Shown here: positions 35,701-55,500 of the stretch, one piece after another | How the letters are laid out: each line of letters begins with the position of its first letter | How positions within the stretch are numbered: position 1 is the stretch's first letter | NCBI RefSeq assembly: GCF_048593235.1 | Contig: NC_133618.1 | Coordinates: 514,619,675 to 514,683,674 of the forward strand | From: Sminthopsis crassicaudata | Taxonomy: Eukaryota | Direction of reading: 5' to 3' | Length of the DNA stretch: 64,000 bases | Notes under the pieces: generated by a model | Database searches by the model: none | Seen by the model: only the letters and a program-made list of their open reading frames with translations | Told to the model about the DNA's origin: nothing | Translations under genes and position numbers: made by a program

Positions 35701-36946
35701 ACCCTTTCTGTGCATAACAGTATACAGAGTAGCCTGACAACCCCCAAGTCTCTTGCCCTCTGATAGCCATGTACCTAGACCTGCTTCTCCCCTATAAGCC
35801 CAAACCCCAGCTCATTTTCCCCACCTCTTTCCTCTGACCCCTGACCCTCTAGCTCCCAGCCTAATACTGACCCCTCTCCCCAGCCCCTGCCTGACCCTCA
35901 GGCCTTCTGCTGCTGGTAGGGACCTAAAGCTGGAGAACCTGTTGCTGGATAAGCGGGAAAATGTGAAGATCTCTGACTTCGGCTTTGCCAAGATGGTGCC
36001 AACTACCGTCCAGATTCAGCAGAAATCTTCCCAACACCTCATGGGCTGCTTTTCCCACCTCAGCCAGACCTACTGTGGTAGTTTTGCCTATGCCTCCCCA
36101 GAGATCTTGCTGGGTTTGCCCTACAACCCTTTCCTCTCTGACATCTGGAGCATGGGTGTCATTCTCTACACCCTGGTTGCTGCCCATCTACCTTTCGATG
36201 ATACCAACTTAAAAAAGCTGCTTCGAGAGACCCAGAAGGAGGTCAACTTCCCAGCTAACCACCCCATCTCTCAGGAGTGCAAGGTGCTGGCCCCCCTGGG
36301 AGGGCTGGGGCCCTTGGGCTGACCCTTAGAAAGTGGGGTACAAATCCAAAAGGGACCACAAGAGGGTTGGGGGGAAAGCTCAATTAATTAGGATCTATCC
36401 CAGGAATCTCACTTATTCCCACTGGCCCCATGACTAAAGCACTAGAGAAGACCAGTGGAGATAGTTAACTACCTTCCTCTGGATCAGAAATTAGTTGAGT
36501 ACAAGAAAACTTAAGCTTCCATTGCTTCAGGACAGAGGAAGAAATTGACAGTTGCTCTTCCAAGGATCTTGATACCACCCTGCATTCATCCCCTATCCAA
36601 GTATTAACCCTGGGCATATCTAAGGGAATCCCAGTTTAATCCTCTCCCTAGGGTAGTACTGTGGGCACTCCTGCTCCTGTCTCAGGTCTAGATGCTGCCA
36701 CTGCCTAGACAGCATAATTCAGGACAAGCTCAGCGATGGCCTCTCTCTCCCCTGCCCCAGAACCTGATTCACATGATGCTGCGCCAGGCTGCCAAGCGTG
36801 CTACCATCCTGGACATCCTCAAGGACCCCTGGGTGCTCAAGTTCCAGCCAGAGCGGCCCAACCATGAAATTCAGATCCTAGAGGTCCTGTGCCTACCAAA
36901 AAGCTCCAGCACTACCACCTCACGCCCTGCCGAGGTTGCAAGTTGA
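32789..36946 (+). CDS. TSSK4: Testis-specific serine/threonine kinase 4 (4 exons, ~310 aa)
   Basis: GNGSYGTV loop, VAVKII, HR|[21 protein letters not shown]. Exons 32789-32956, 35291-35505, 35920-36283, 36761-36946 (933 nt). The start codon is uncertain (see findings). Confidence 0.95.
33310..33850. mobile_element. Two adjacent MIR elements in opposite orientation in TSSK4 intron 1
   Basis: ctcatttttacagttgaagaaattgaggca (reversed core, ~33310-33580) and gctgtgtgaccttg...tttataaaatggggatga (forward core, ~33640-33850). Confidence 0.7.
33870..34985 (-). mobile_element. L2 LINE fragment in TSSK4 intron 1
   Basis: Purine-rich L2 antisense blocks (cttatctttggatgtattgaatg, ggaaagtagccattggatttgg). 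ORFs 34318-34993 are by-products of this element. Confidence 0.7.
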
Positions 36947-38104
36947 GTAGGACTGGGGAAGGAGTCAAGGAGAGGGAATTATTGTGAGCATGGGGAGCAG
37001 GACTCCTCCATCCTTTTTTTTTTTTTTTTTTTATACAAGAAATCATAATTCCCATTTAGTTTTATCAGCAGGGGGAAAAGAAATGATTTCCCCAGGGAAA
37101 GCTTGGAAAGAGTCACTTCTAGACTGTTATAGAGGTTGGCCTCCATCTGTAGTCTGCAAAGGTATTTTAAACTTAAATACTGGACTGTGATTTCTTTAAG
37201 GAAATGTGCCTAAAGGGTTGGGGGGGAGATGGGAAATAAGAAAAGTGTCTTGGTTCTGCTTCTCTCTTCCTTCAAACTTTAAAAGGTGCTGACATGATTG
37301 CATTCTGTAAGTATTTCTCATAGTGACCTCTCAAACATTGCAGTAGCAGGGTTCCAAGCAGAGATTTTACAATACCTGGGACAGGGAGAGACGTCAATTT
37401 CCTACATATACCCTTCATCTTTATGGTCTTTTGTTTTACCATAAATAGATAAAGGGAGCCAAACTGTGGGCTTGTCTTAGAATCATAGAATTATGTTTAG
37501 ACCTGGAAGTTATCTAACCATTGGTTATCTAGTCTGGCACCCTCATTTTATAGATGAAGTGACAGAGGAAGCAGAATAGGGTCTCTTGACTCAATATCTA
37601 ACTGCCTTGGTAAAGGAATAATTGTACTGCCAAAATTCTGTGGCAACATGCTTGAAGAAATTGATCAACTATGATACTATCTAGTTAGATTTTACAGATT
37701 AACACAGATTGCTCACCTGATATACAGTAAGGAAGAGAAACGATCCTATAAGCCCAACTATCCCTTCTCTGGAAATAGAGAATGAGAACAGAGACCTGAA
37801 ATAGGCACGTACAGGCTGATGAGAGATGGCAGACAATGGGGGTCCATCTGCCCAATTTTACTGAGAGTAAGGACCTTTGTAACAGCTTCCAATGAAAACT
37901 CTTGTCCCCACCCCACACCTTCCAAAAACTTTCCAGAATAACCCCATTCCAGAAATGAGTCAGTGAGGCATCAAATCCCTCAGGAAGGGTCAGATTACTA
38001 TCTCACCAGGGCCCTCATGAGGTTTAAACCCGTCAGCTTAGTATGTTGGCACTTGGGGGAAAAGGAAGGAATTAGATGAAGTTTCAAAAACATCAAAGCA
38101 TTCT

Positions 38105-40131
38105 TCAGGATACCCAATCAACTAATTGTTTCAGTTCTTCTTCCTCATCAGCCTTGGAAGCTAAGGGGAAAGGAAACAAAAGAAGGGTTAAGTTCCTTAG
38201 AATTTTCCAAGCAGCACCCCCATGATCACTGATGGCACCATAAGCCAACTTTCCCAACATGAATTTTAACCTGAGGCCATTCAAGATAGGAGGGATTAAT
38301 ATTATCCTTCCCACAGGCAATGTAGTGCTCAAGGTTGTTCCTCTGGTCAAGCAGGGAGAGTTCTTAGTACCTGGACTGGTGGGTAAATGAGTAGAGGGGA
38401 CATCAGGCAGCTTATCTAGTGCTGCCTCTTTATCCTCTCCCATATTCAGTAGCTCTTGGTTTAATTTCTCCTGCTCTAGTTCCTCTAGTTCCTCTAATAG
38501 TTCATCCTGGAAATGGAGAAAACAAAATTTAATCAGAACACCTTGTACCGCCAAGAAATCACTCCAAAGACCCAAAGCTTCAAAGTCTACTTCCCAAGGG
38601 CCTCACAAATCCACTACTATACCTGGATTCCTTTTACTATCCTCAATACTACCCTCATCCTGTTACCTCATCCACACCATCTCCAAAGCCTACAGGCTGA
38701 GATATGGCATCAGAAATTTGCTGTGCTATTTCCTGCTGCTCTGTGATATCAGACATCAGCTCATCCACCTTGTTGATGTCCCTGTGGGTAGAGAAATAGG
38801 TAGAAAATCAGGACATTATCTTGCCTTTCACTCTGTGTTGGAAAAAAAGTCATTCCCATTCCCCTTAAAGTTTCATGACTTGATGGATCTAACACTCCCT
38901 GGCAGAAGGAATCAACAGAAGTCTGCACTTGGGTGGAACATGTTGCAGAGAAAGGGAATAAAGAATCTTTGTTTGGGGAAATATTGGGTTTTTGTTTTTT
39001 AAGAACTAGGTATTTTGGCCTGCTCCTTTCCCCTATGTTCTTAACTAGGGAAAAGGAATGTTTTGAAGTAGGGAATTTGATAACTTCTGTAGAAGATTCT
39101 TTGCTTCTAAAAAGAAAGGGACATGAGGTCTTGTGGCCAGACCATCCTTTCCCAAGTGTTTGTGCCCATGTCCTTCCTTCCCCCGTACCCACATGTCCTG
39201 ATGGGCCTTGCTCATGGCACGGGCAGCCAGCCCCATGGTTCGAAGCACTTCAGCATTGGTGGTAGCATTCTCAATGGCTTCACGCTGTAATTCCAGGGTA
39301 GATAGAGTCCCATCTGTCTGTGCCAACTGTTGTTCCAGTCTCTTCTTTCTGCGTAGTGCCTGTAGGGCAGCTGATCCAGCCCACAGCCCACCCATCAGTG
39401 CTAGAAACCCTTAGACTCTTCCCCCTCCAATGGCTCTATCCTCTATACCTTTCCCCTAATACCTCTCTTGTTCTTGGTCCCATGCTTCTTTGCTGTTTGA
39501 AGTTCCTGCTGAATCTTTTGTTCTAAAAACTCCTGCTTCTTGATCAGTATCTTCTCTGTCTCCCGCAATTTCTGAATTGCCTCTTCAGGGCTTGGGTCCT
39601 TCTCCTTCTTCCCTGCTGGGTCCAATGGAGCAGGGGCAGTGTTGAGTAGAGGAAACTAGTCCCAATCCCTAGTATAGTTTCCATTGACCATCACTGGAGA
39701 AGGGACTGTAAGGCTTCTCTTCAAGACAGAACGTGTGTGTCCGGGGTTGCAGAAGGCAGGTGGGGGAGGGGGAAGGAATAGCAAAACTTGTAAAGAGACC
39801 CTAACCCATTAGTACCGACCCTGTTAGATCTGAGCAGAGAAAGGGTCCTAGGAAAGGTCCTATGGCCTATCCTCCTGCCCTCAAAATCCTGAACGCTTTC
39901 CTCAAAAATCAAAGGGCAAAATGGGGGAAAGGAAGTTTCTAGGACCCCCCAAGCCTGCTGGTGCGGGTGTTGGGGTTGTTCCCGTAATATTTAGGGTTTG
40001 GTGATTTTTCTACCCTCTCCAGCCCCTTATAAAGGCAGGCCTCCAAAGTTGGGCAGCCACACCTCCATTTACACAGAGGCAGGGTTCTGCCAGGGCTCAC
40101 CCTTGCCAAACAGCCTGCCCAGGCCGCTCAT
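38105..40131 (-). CDS. CHMP4A: Charged multivesicular body protein 4A (ESCRT-III, 6 exons, ~221 aa)
   Basis: MSGLGRLFGK|GKKEKDPSPEEAIQKLRETEKILIKKQEFLEQK...EELKQLVDWVS*. Exons 40101-40131, 39463-39612, 39193-39370, 38667-38781, 38371-38506, 38105-38160 (666 nt). Confidence 0.96.
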
Positions 40132-40179
40132 CCTGATTACCGGAACACTGATAGGCCTCGACCCCCACACTTGGCCTTA

Positions 40180-40345
40180 GCCTCCCGGAGCTTTTCCCAC
40201 TTCCGCCTTTCCCAGAGAGGCCCCTCCCGCCAGCCCCCAGCCAATCGTAGTTCAATGCTCAGGCTCATCATAGGGCGTCTCCAGCCTGGAGACCTGGGAA
40301 AGTATATCCGGAACAGCAGCTCATCACGTGACAGTCACCTGACTA
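40180..40345 (-). promoter_or_regulatory. CHMP4A promoter
   Basis: GCGGAAGT ETS motif (~40199-40206), CCAAT (40241), E-boxes TCACGTGA (40324-40331) and GTCACCTGAC (40334-40343). Confidence 0.55.
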
Positions 40346-40787
40346 ACCCCTCCACATTTTAAAGGGCCCGAGTTTCCCAAGTTAACCACGGACCAGTAAG
40401 ATCTGTTAGTCCCTGGCAGCCGAGCTGGAGGTCATTGGTTAGGTCTGAAAGAGTTTTACCTAGTCTGACGAAACTGAGGACCACAGGTGAAGTAGAAAAT
40501 ACCTTGCCCTGACCAGTCTGAGTCATGGCTCTGCACCTGTCCTTGAGATCCTGCCTCCGGGACTCCTGCTCAGGCAACCCGGAGTGGCCTCCCTCTCACC
40601 CTCCCCAGATCTCCACAGCCACCAAGATAAAGCTGTTTGCCCCAGAGTAACCTAATGGGCTCTGGGGCCAGTCTCTCCAGAGGGCCAAGGGCCTGTGCCA
40701 GGTTGCCTGGTCCCTCTCTTCTGGTGGGAGCTCCGTGTGCTATGGTAGGGGCAGGCGGAGGAAGTACAGAAGTATGTCACAGGAAGT

Positions 40788-40793
40788 TTTATT
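40788..40793 (-). terminator. MDP1 polyA signal
   Basis: TTTATT on +, ~260 nt after the MDP1 stop. Confidence 0.65.
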
Positions 40794-41049
40794 TGCTGAG
40801 CTAGATTGTGATAACACACCAAGAAACAGCACTGGGGAGCAGAGTCTGACAAAGGGCCTGGCATCGGTGCTGACCCACATACATGAGGACAAAGAGGACT
40901 TATGGCGAGGGAAGGTTTTGTAGGCTCACGCACAAATGTTTTTTTACAATTCACAGATGACCTGAAAATGTATTCCTCAATCTTGTTCTCTTCCTGCTGG
41001 TGTCCATGGCCAGGGCTTCCATCTGCAGGACTGAACCTGGGAGGTCATT

Positions 41050-43378
<2,329 letters not shown>

Positions 43379-43968
43379 GACCGACAGGCGCTGGACTTCT
43401 GCGGAGGTAGCACGGGTTTGCTGCCTTCAGCAAGCCACCATGTTTGATCATGGAGAGAGGCCTGCTAGAGCGCCGGTATTTGGAGTCTATCCCGTCCCTA
43501 TGTCAGTGGCGCCACCTAGAGTTGAAGCTGAGGCATGGCAGAAGACGCTCTAGGTACTGCGGCTAGTACTGGGAACACCTAGCAAACTTCTCACTGGCCG
43601 GGATCTGAGCTGTCCGCAGGACTTATTTTACCCTAATACAAGTCGTCATCTTCCAATCAGACCCAGATGCAGAAATCAGTTCTTTCTTCCTTTGAATAGT
43701 CAAATTCCCCAAAGACCCTTCCCATTACTCCAGATCACCTCTCTCATCCTGATATTCTCAGGCACCAGCATCACCCCTCCTCACCTTGTCTCTTTCACGG
43801 TAACTGACCACTAAGCCATAACAAGGAAGCAGGTAGAGGTATCCTAGATAAAAGCTCCCTCTGTAAAATGGTGATCATAAAAATCATATAGTGCCTGAAC
43901 CCATTTCCCAGGACCAGTATTGTTAAAAATTTAGCTATCCTGTATTCCACCATCAATAACACAACCAA

Positions 43969-43974
43969 TTTATT
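43969..43974 (-). terminator. NEDD8 polyA signal
   Basis: TTTATT on +, ~400 nt after the NEDD8 stop. Confidence 0.65.
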
Positions 43975-44369
43975 CCAAGTTCCTGGATCCTAATGGCTCC
44001 ATTATTTAACATGCCTTTTGGGCCTGATAGGATTCTGTAAGGATTATGATCCATTTTAGTCAGGTTACATTTGAGCACGGTTGAGGAAACATTCCAAGAG
44101 GCTGGGAAACGTCTTTATTAACAACCAGGACACAGCCATTAGGGAAGGGGCAGGCGAGACCACAAACTAAAAACCAACAGCTAGCAAAGGGCTCCATAGG
44201 CCCAGAAGGCTGGACCCTGGGGTCCTCACAGATCTCCCAGCAATAGACAGAAACACCTGGGCATCTGTCCTGGGAAGGAGGTGGTGGTTCTGTTGTTCCA
44301 GGAAGTGGAAGGGTATATGGCGCATCATTATGAGTGATGGGGTAAGGGGACAAAATAGAGGGAGGTCCA

Positions 44370-51643
<7,274 letters not shown>

Positions 51644-51649
51644 CTTTTC

Positions 51650-52540
51650 CCTGCACACAAGGCTCTTGTGGATGAATCGCTGCTGCTGCTGCTGCCGCCG
51701 CTGCCTCCGCTCTCTAGCACTCCGCCTGCAGGGGACTTCCGCTTCCGGATCACCGTTTGGATTCCAGGCCCCTGGAATCTTCCGATCTGATTTCCTAGCA
51801 TTAAATATTCAGGGATTCAGCCCCTTCGTCTTAGTAACTAGGTTAACAAAAAAGGTGACCGGCTACTTATGCCGAACCCGTTGCCTTCGAGGATCTGGAA
51901 GTCTCCACAGTCCGAATTCTTCCGGCCAACGAACAAGATTCATTTCCCTTCATACCCCGCGACAGCCCGGCTAGGCCCGCTCATCCTCTGGGGGTTGTAG
52001 TTTTTCCTTCCTTAGGTCTAACGTCTGCCCGACTTGGTGGACTCTGTTTCCCAGAAGTCCACGCGAGACTCCCTTAAGGCCTGTTTCTAGTTTCCTCCCT
52101 GGCTGAAACTGAGATATTGATGGAGCTGCGCGTGCCTTGTTGCTAAGCTATAAGTTGAATCAACCGCTAAGGTAGATTTTGCACCCGGAAGTAATCCTTC
52201 TGTATCATATCTTTCTCCCCTTAAAATATAACTACCTCGGTTTAAGGGTGGCAGGGGAAAGAGGAAGGCAATTATGGGGGGAGTGGGGTTGTACTTGGCC
52301 GGCATCAGCCATGCTTCTCTGGTCAACTCCTTCCCCGGTAAGTACTGTAATATGTAGGTCCCTGAACTAACAAACGCTAAGGTCAGAGTTTATTTGAAGG
52401 CGAAGAATGTGGAGTGACTTTTCGGGGACTTTGATGAATACCGCAATGTAGCTGCACGAGCAGAGCCGTGGGACTGTGGGATTGAGGGTGCCCTCTACTC
52501 CTTCACGCATTCAGTTGCCGCCTTTATTTCTGACTTTCAG
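51650..52540. promoter_or_regulatory. Bidirectional CpG promoter shared by NEDD8 and GMPR2
   Basis: Head-to-head ATGs at 51643 (-) and 52566 (+); tandem ETS CCGGAAGCGGAAGT (51748-51735) and CCGGAAGT (~52185-52192); candidate GMPR2 non-coding exon donor CCG|GTAAGT at 52338 and acceptor at 52540. Confidence 0.75.
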
Positions 52541-52565
52541 GTATCTTTTTACACGCAATCCCACC

Positions 52566-55500
52566 ATGCCTCACATAGACAATGATGTGAAGCTCGATTT
52601 CAAGGATGTCCTACTGAGGCCCAAGCGAAGTACTCTTAAGTCCCGCAGTGAGGTGAGGCTGGGGCTATTTTTCTTTATTCTACCTGAGAAAATCAGCCTA
52701 GTGTGAAGTGCTAATTGTGGAATTTGGAAAGAACAAAGTTCAACTGACTTTTTTCTCATAGGTGTGTATATATCTATGTACACACATATTATCTAGCAGG
52801 GTTTAATGACGCACATTTTAAAGCACTATTATTTTAAAGCTGCTATGCTGCTAATCTTCCTGTCTCTCACCCCATATCCCCGTTGTGTAGGTGGATCTCA
52901 CAAGGTCCTTCGAATTCCGGAATTCAAAGCAGATGTACACGGGGATCCCCATCATTGCTGCCAACATGGACACTGTTGGCACCTTTGAGATGGCCAAGGT
53001 GCTCTGTAAGGTAGGGTGCCACTTATTCCCTTCTTTAGGTGATATTCAATTACTTTAGCTGTCTGCAGCATTTCCCCCTCCAAATTCAGGGTTATAGTCA
53101 TGGGCAGTCATACTTGCCTTTGGACAAGAGTGGACAGATGCACGTTTGACATCTTTGAAGAATTTTTAATTATCTTAGTTTTAGAATCAATCTTATTTCT
53201 TAAGCCACTCATAAAATGTGCAATTCCCCCCCCCTTTTCTCCATCCCCAACATACACAAAGGCATGTCACAAATAGAATTGTCCTTAATGTAATTTCATA
53301 ATTAGCACTGTGAATAACATTAAGACCAAATCCTAGCCTAAAGTCATAAAACACTTGTATTATGATTCTTCCCATCATTGTTTATAAAATTACTCTTATA
53401 TAGAATTACCCTTTGTTTTCACTGGGAACAATTAGTAACTTTAGTGTATCCCTCTGTGAATAAAAGCACATCCTCTATACCATTCCCCAAGCATACTTTC
53501 TCCCTTTATGTCATAATTATGGCAGACCCATAACTTAAGACACTAAATACAATGAGACTGATGTTAGTTTTTGTATTGCATACAATATGGTATATATATT
53601 TTTTTATATACACAGTATCTTATTGAACATCCTATTTGAAGATATTGCTGCTGACATTTTTACAACCAAATGTAGCTGGGAAGATGAGTGAACTTTTCTA
53701 CCCTGGGCATATGCTATATTCCATTGGTTAGTGGCTGTATGTCCATCAATGGATTTGTCTGTTGGCATGTTTTGTTTTGTTTTTTTTTTTTTTTTTTTTT
53801 TTTAACTGCTGTAATCCTCTCTGGCCTGTCACTTCTTGAAAAAATGTAGCTTTGGTGTTTTAAGATTTTATGCTCAATATGTCCTCTAGGAGAGTGGTCT
53901 CTGAGTCAAGAGTCTAAAAGATGTGGGTTTATGATAGCTTTGTAAGTCTTGGCAAATCTCTGAATACAATTTTTTCTTCCTTATCCACCCTACCCTAAGT
54001 AGTAGATGTCTGCCTATCTGCATTTCTGCATTAGTGGAAGGAGTTGTGCTCATCAGGAATTCCTTCTTGCCTCTGGTCTCTAAACTTTAGCTTGCCATTC
54101 AGTTCACTTGTGAAAATTGTGCTATTGTCCATTTCCAGATACCCTTCTCTAGCATAGCTTATTTGTGATAAGCATGATTTCAGTACTAATGATCTGTCTG
54201 TATTGTCAGAGTTTGTCTATGTGGAGTAGATAAGCAGATAAAGAGTGTGCTTACAAGCCTCATAATTGTAACATAAGGATTGGACATGTTTTTAACAGCT
54301 GTGCTGTAAATAAATCTCTGTGTTTAATCTGATGCAGCATTCTGTCAAGATTTCCTAAAGGGAATCTTCATTTCCTGAACCCTGGTTTCTTGGTCTGTCA
54401 GCATATTGTTTGGGTTATGTTGCTGAAAAACTAAAATACACTGCTAAACTTTTAGCTCTTATCTCGTCTAAAGATCTTTAGCTAAGTAAAGGGTTTTGTG
54501 GATACACTTGCATCAGTGCCTGATTTCTTCAAATATGCCTTAACATTATATTAACTTACATGTTATTTTTTCAAGAATTTTTTCAGTTTTTGAACTAAGG
54601 AACAAGGGATTTGACTTGAAGACTCATCGTTGTCCTTAAACATGAATATACATACATATTTAATAAAATAGTTATGATCACACACACACAAAGAGTCTGT
54701 CCTTCATTTCAGTGGTTATGAAGGAAGAATCAATTACCTGCTAGCTCTAGTACCACTGACAATATTGTCAGATAGTACCTTAAAGACATAAGGTAACTTC
54801 CTTGGGCAGCCAGTTACTAAAATGCTGCATTCACTAGATACAAAGAATATAGGGAAATATGCTAATTTAGCACTATAAATTTAGCCTTATAAAATAGCAA
54901 GGCATCTAGACTGTCATATCAAGTACCTTACCTCAACCATTCTAGTTGATGCCTGCAAATTCAAGAGCCCAGTATCTTCACTGTTCGTCTTTTGGGGCCC
55001 TGTGACAGGATACACTCATATGGTATTCCTGGAGTCCCTGCCAGTATCAAAGGAGGGACAGTCTCTTGGTCCTGCCTGCATATCCACTGCCTGTCACATT
55101 GCACCAATTGCTCATTACCATATTAACTCCCTATCAGCACTGAAGCAGGATCAGAGTAGATGCCAGCAGATGGGATCCTAAACAGGCAAATAGGAAGTTA
55201 CAAAAAAACAAAAACAAATTTATGATTATAATCCTTGGAGTGAGAGTCTGTGGTAAACACAGGATTGGATTAACTACAACTAAAAGCTCATCTACTGATT
55301 ATTCAGTTGCTTCTTTACACTAACTGAAAAAGAATTGTGTAAGGACACAAATTTTATAAGGTTAAAATCATTCTATTTTTGCTTCTCCTCAGTTCTCTCT
55401 GTTCACGGCCATCCACAAACACTATAGCCTTGAGCAATGGAAGGAATTTGCTATTCAAAATCCTGACTGTCTAGAGGTAATGCGGGACCCTATCTTGTTC

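Noticed and set aside
40132-40179. N-terminally extended CHMP4A, as I recall being annotated in human
   Set aside because: In-frame TAA 16 codons upstream of the ATG (40179-40177).
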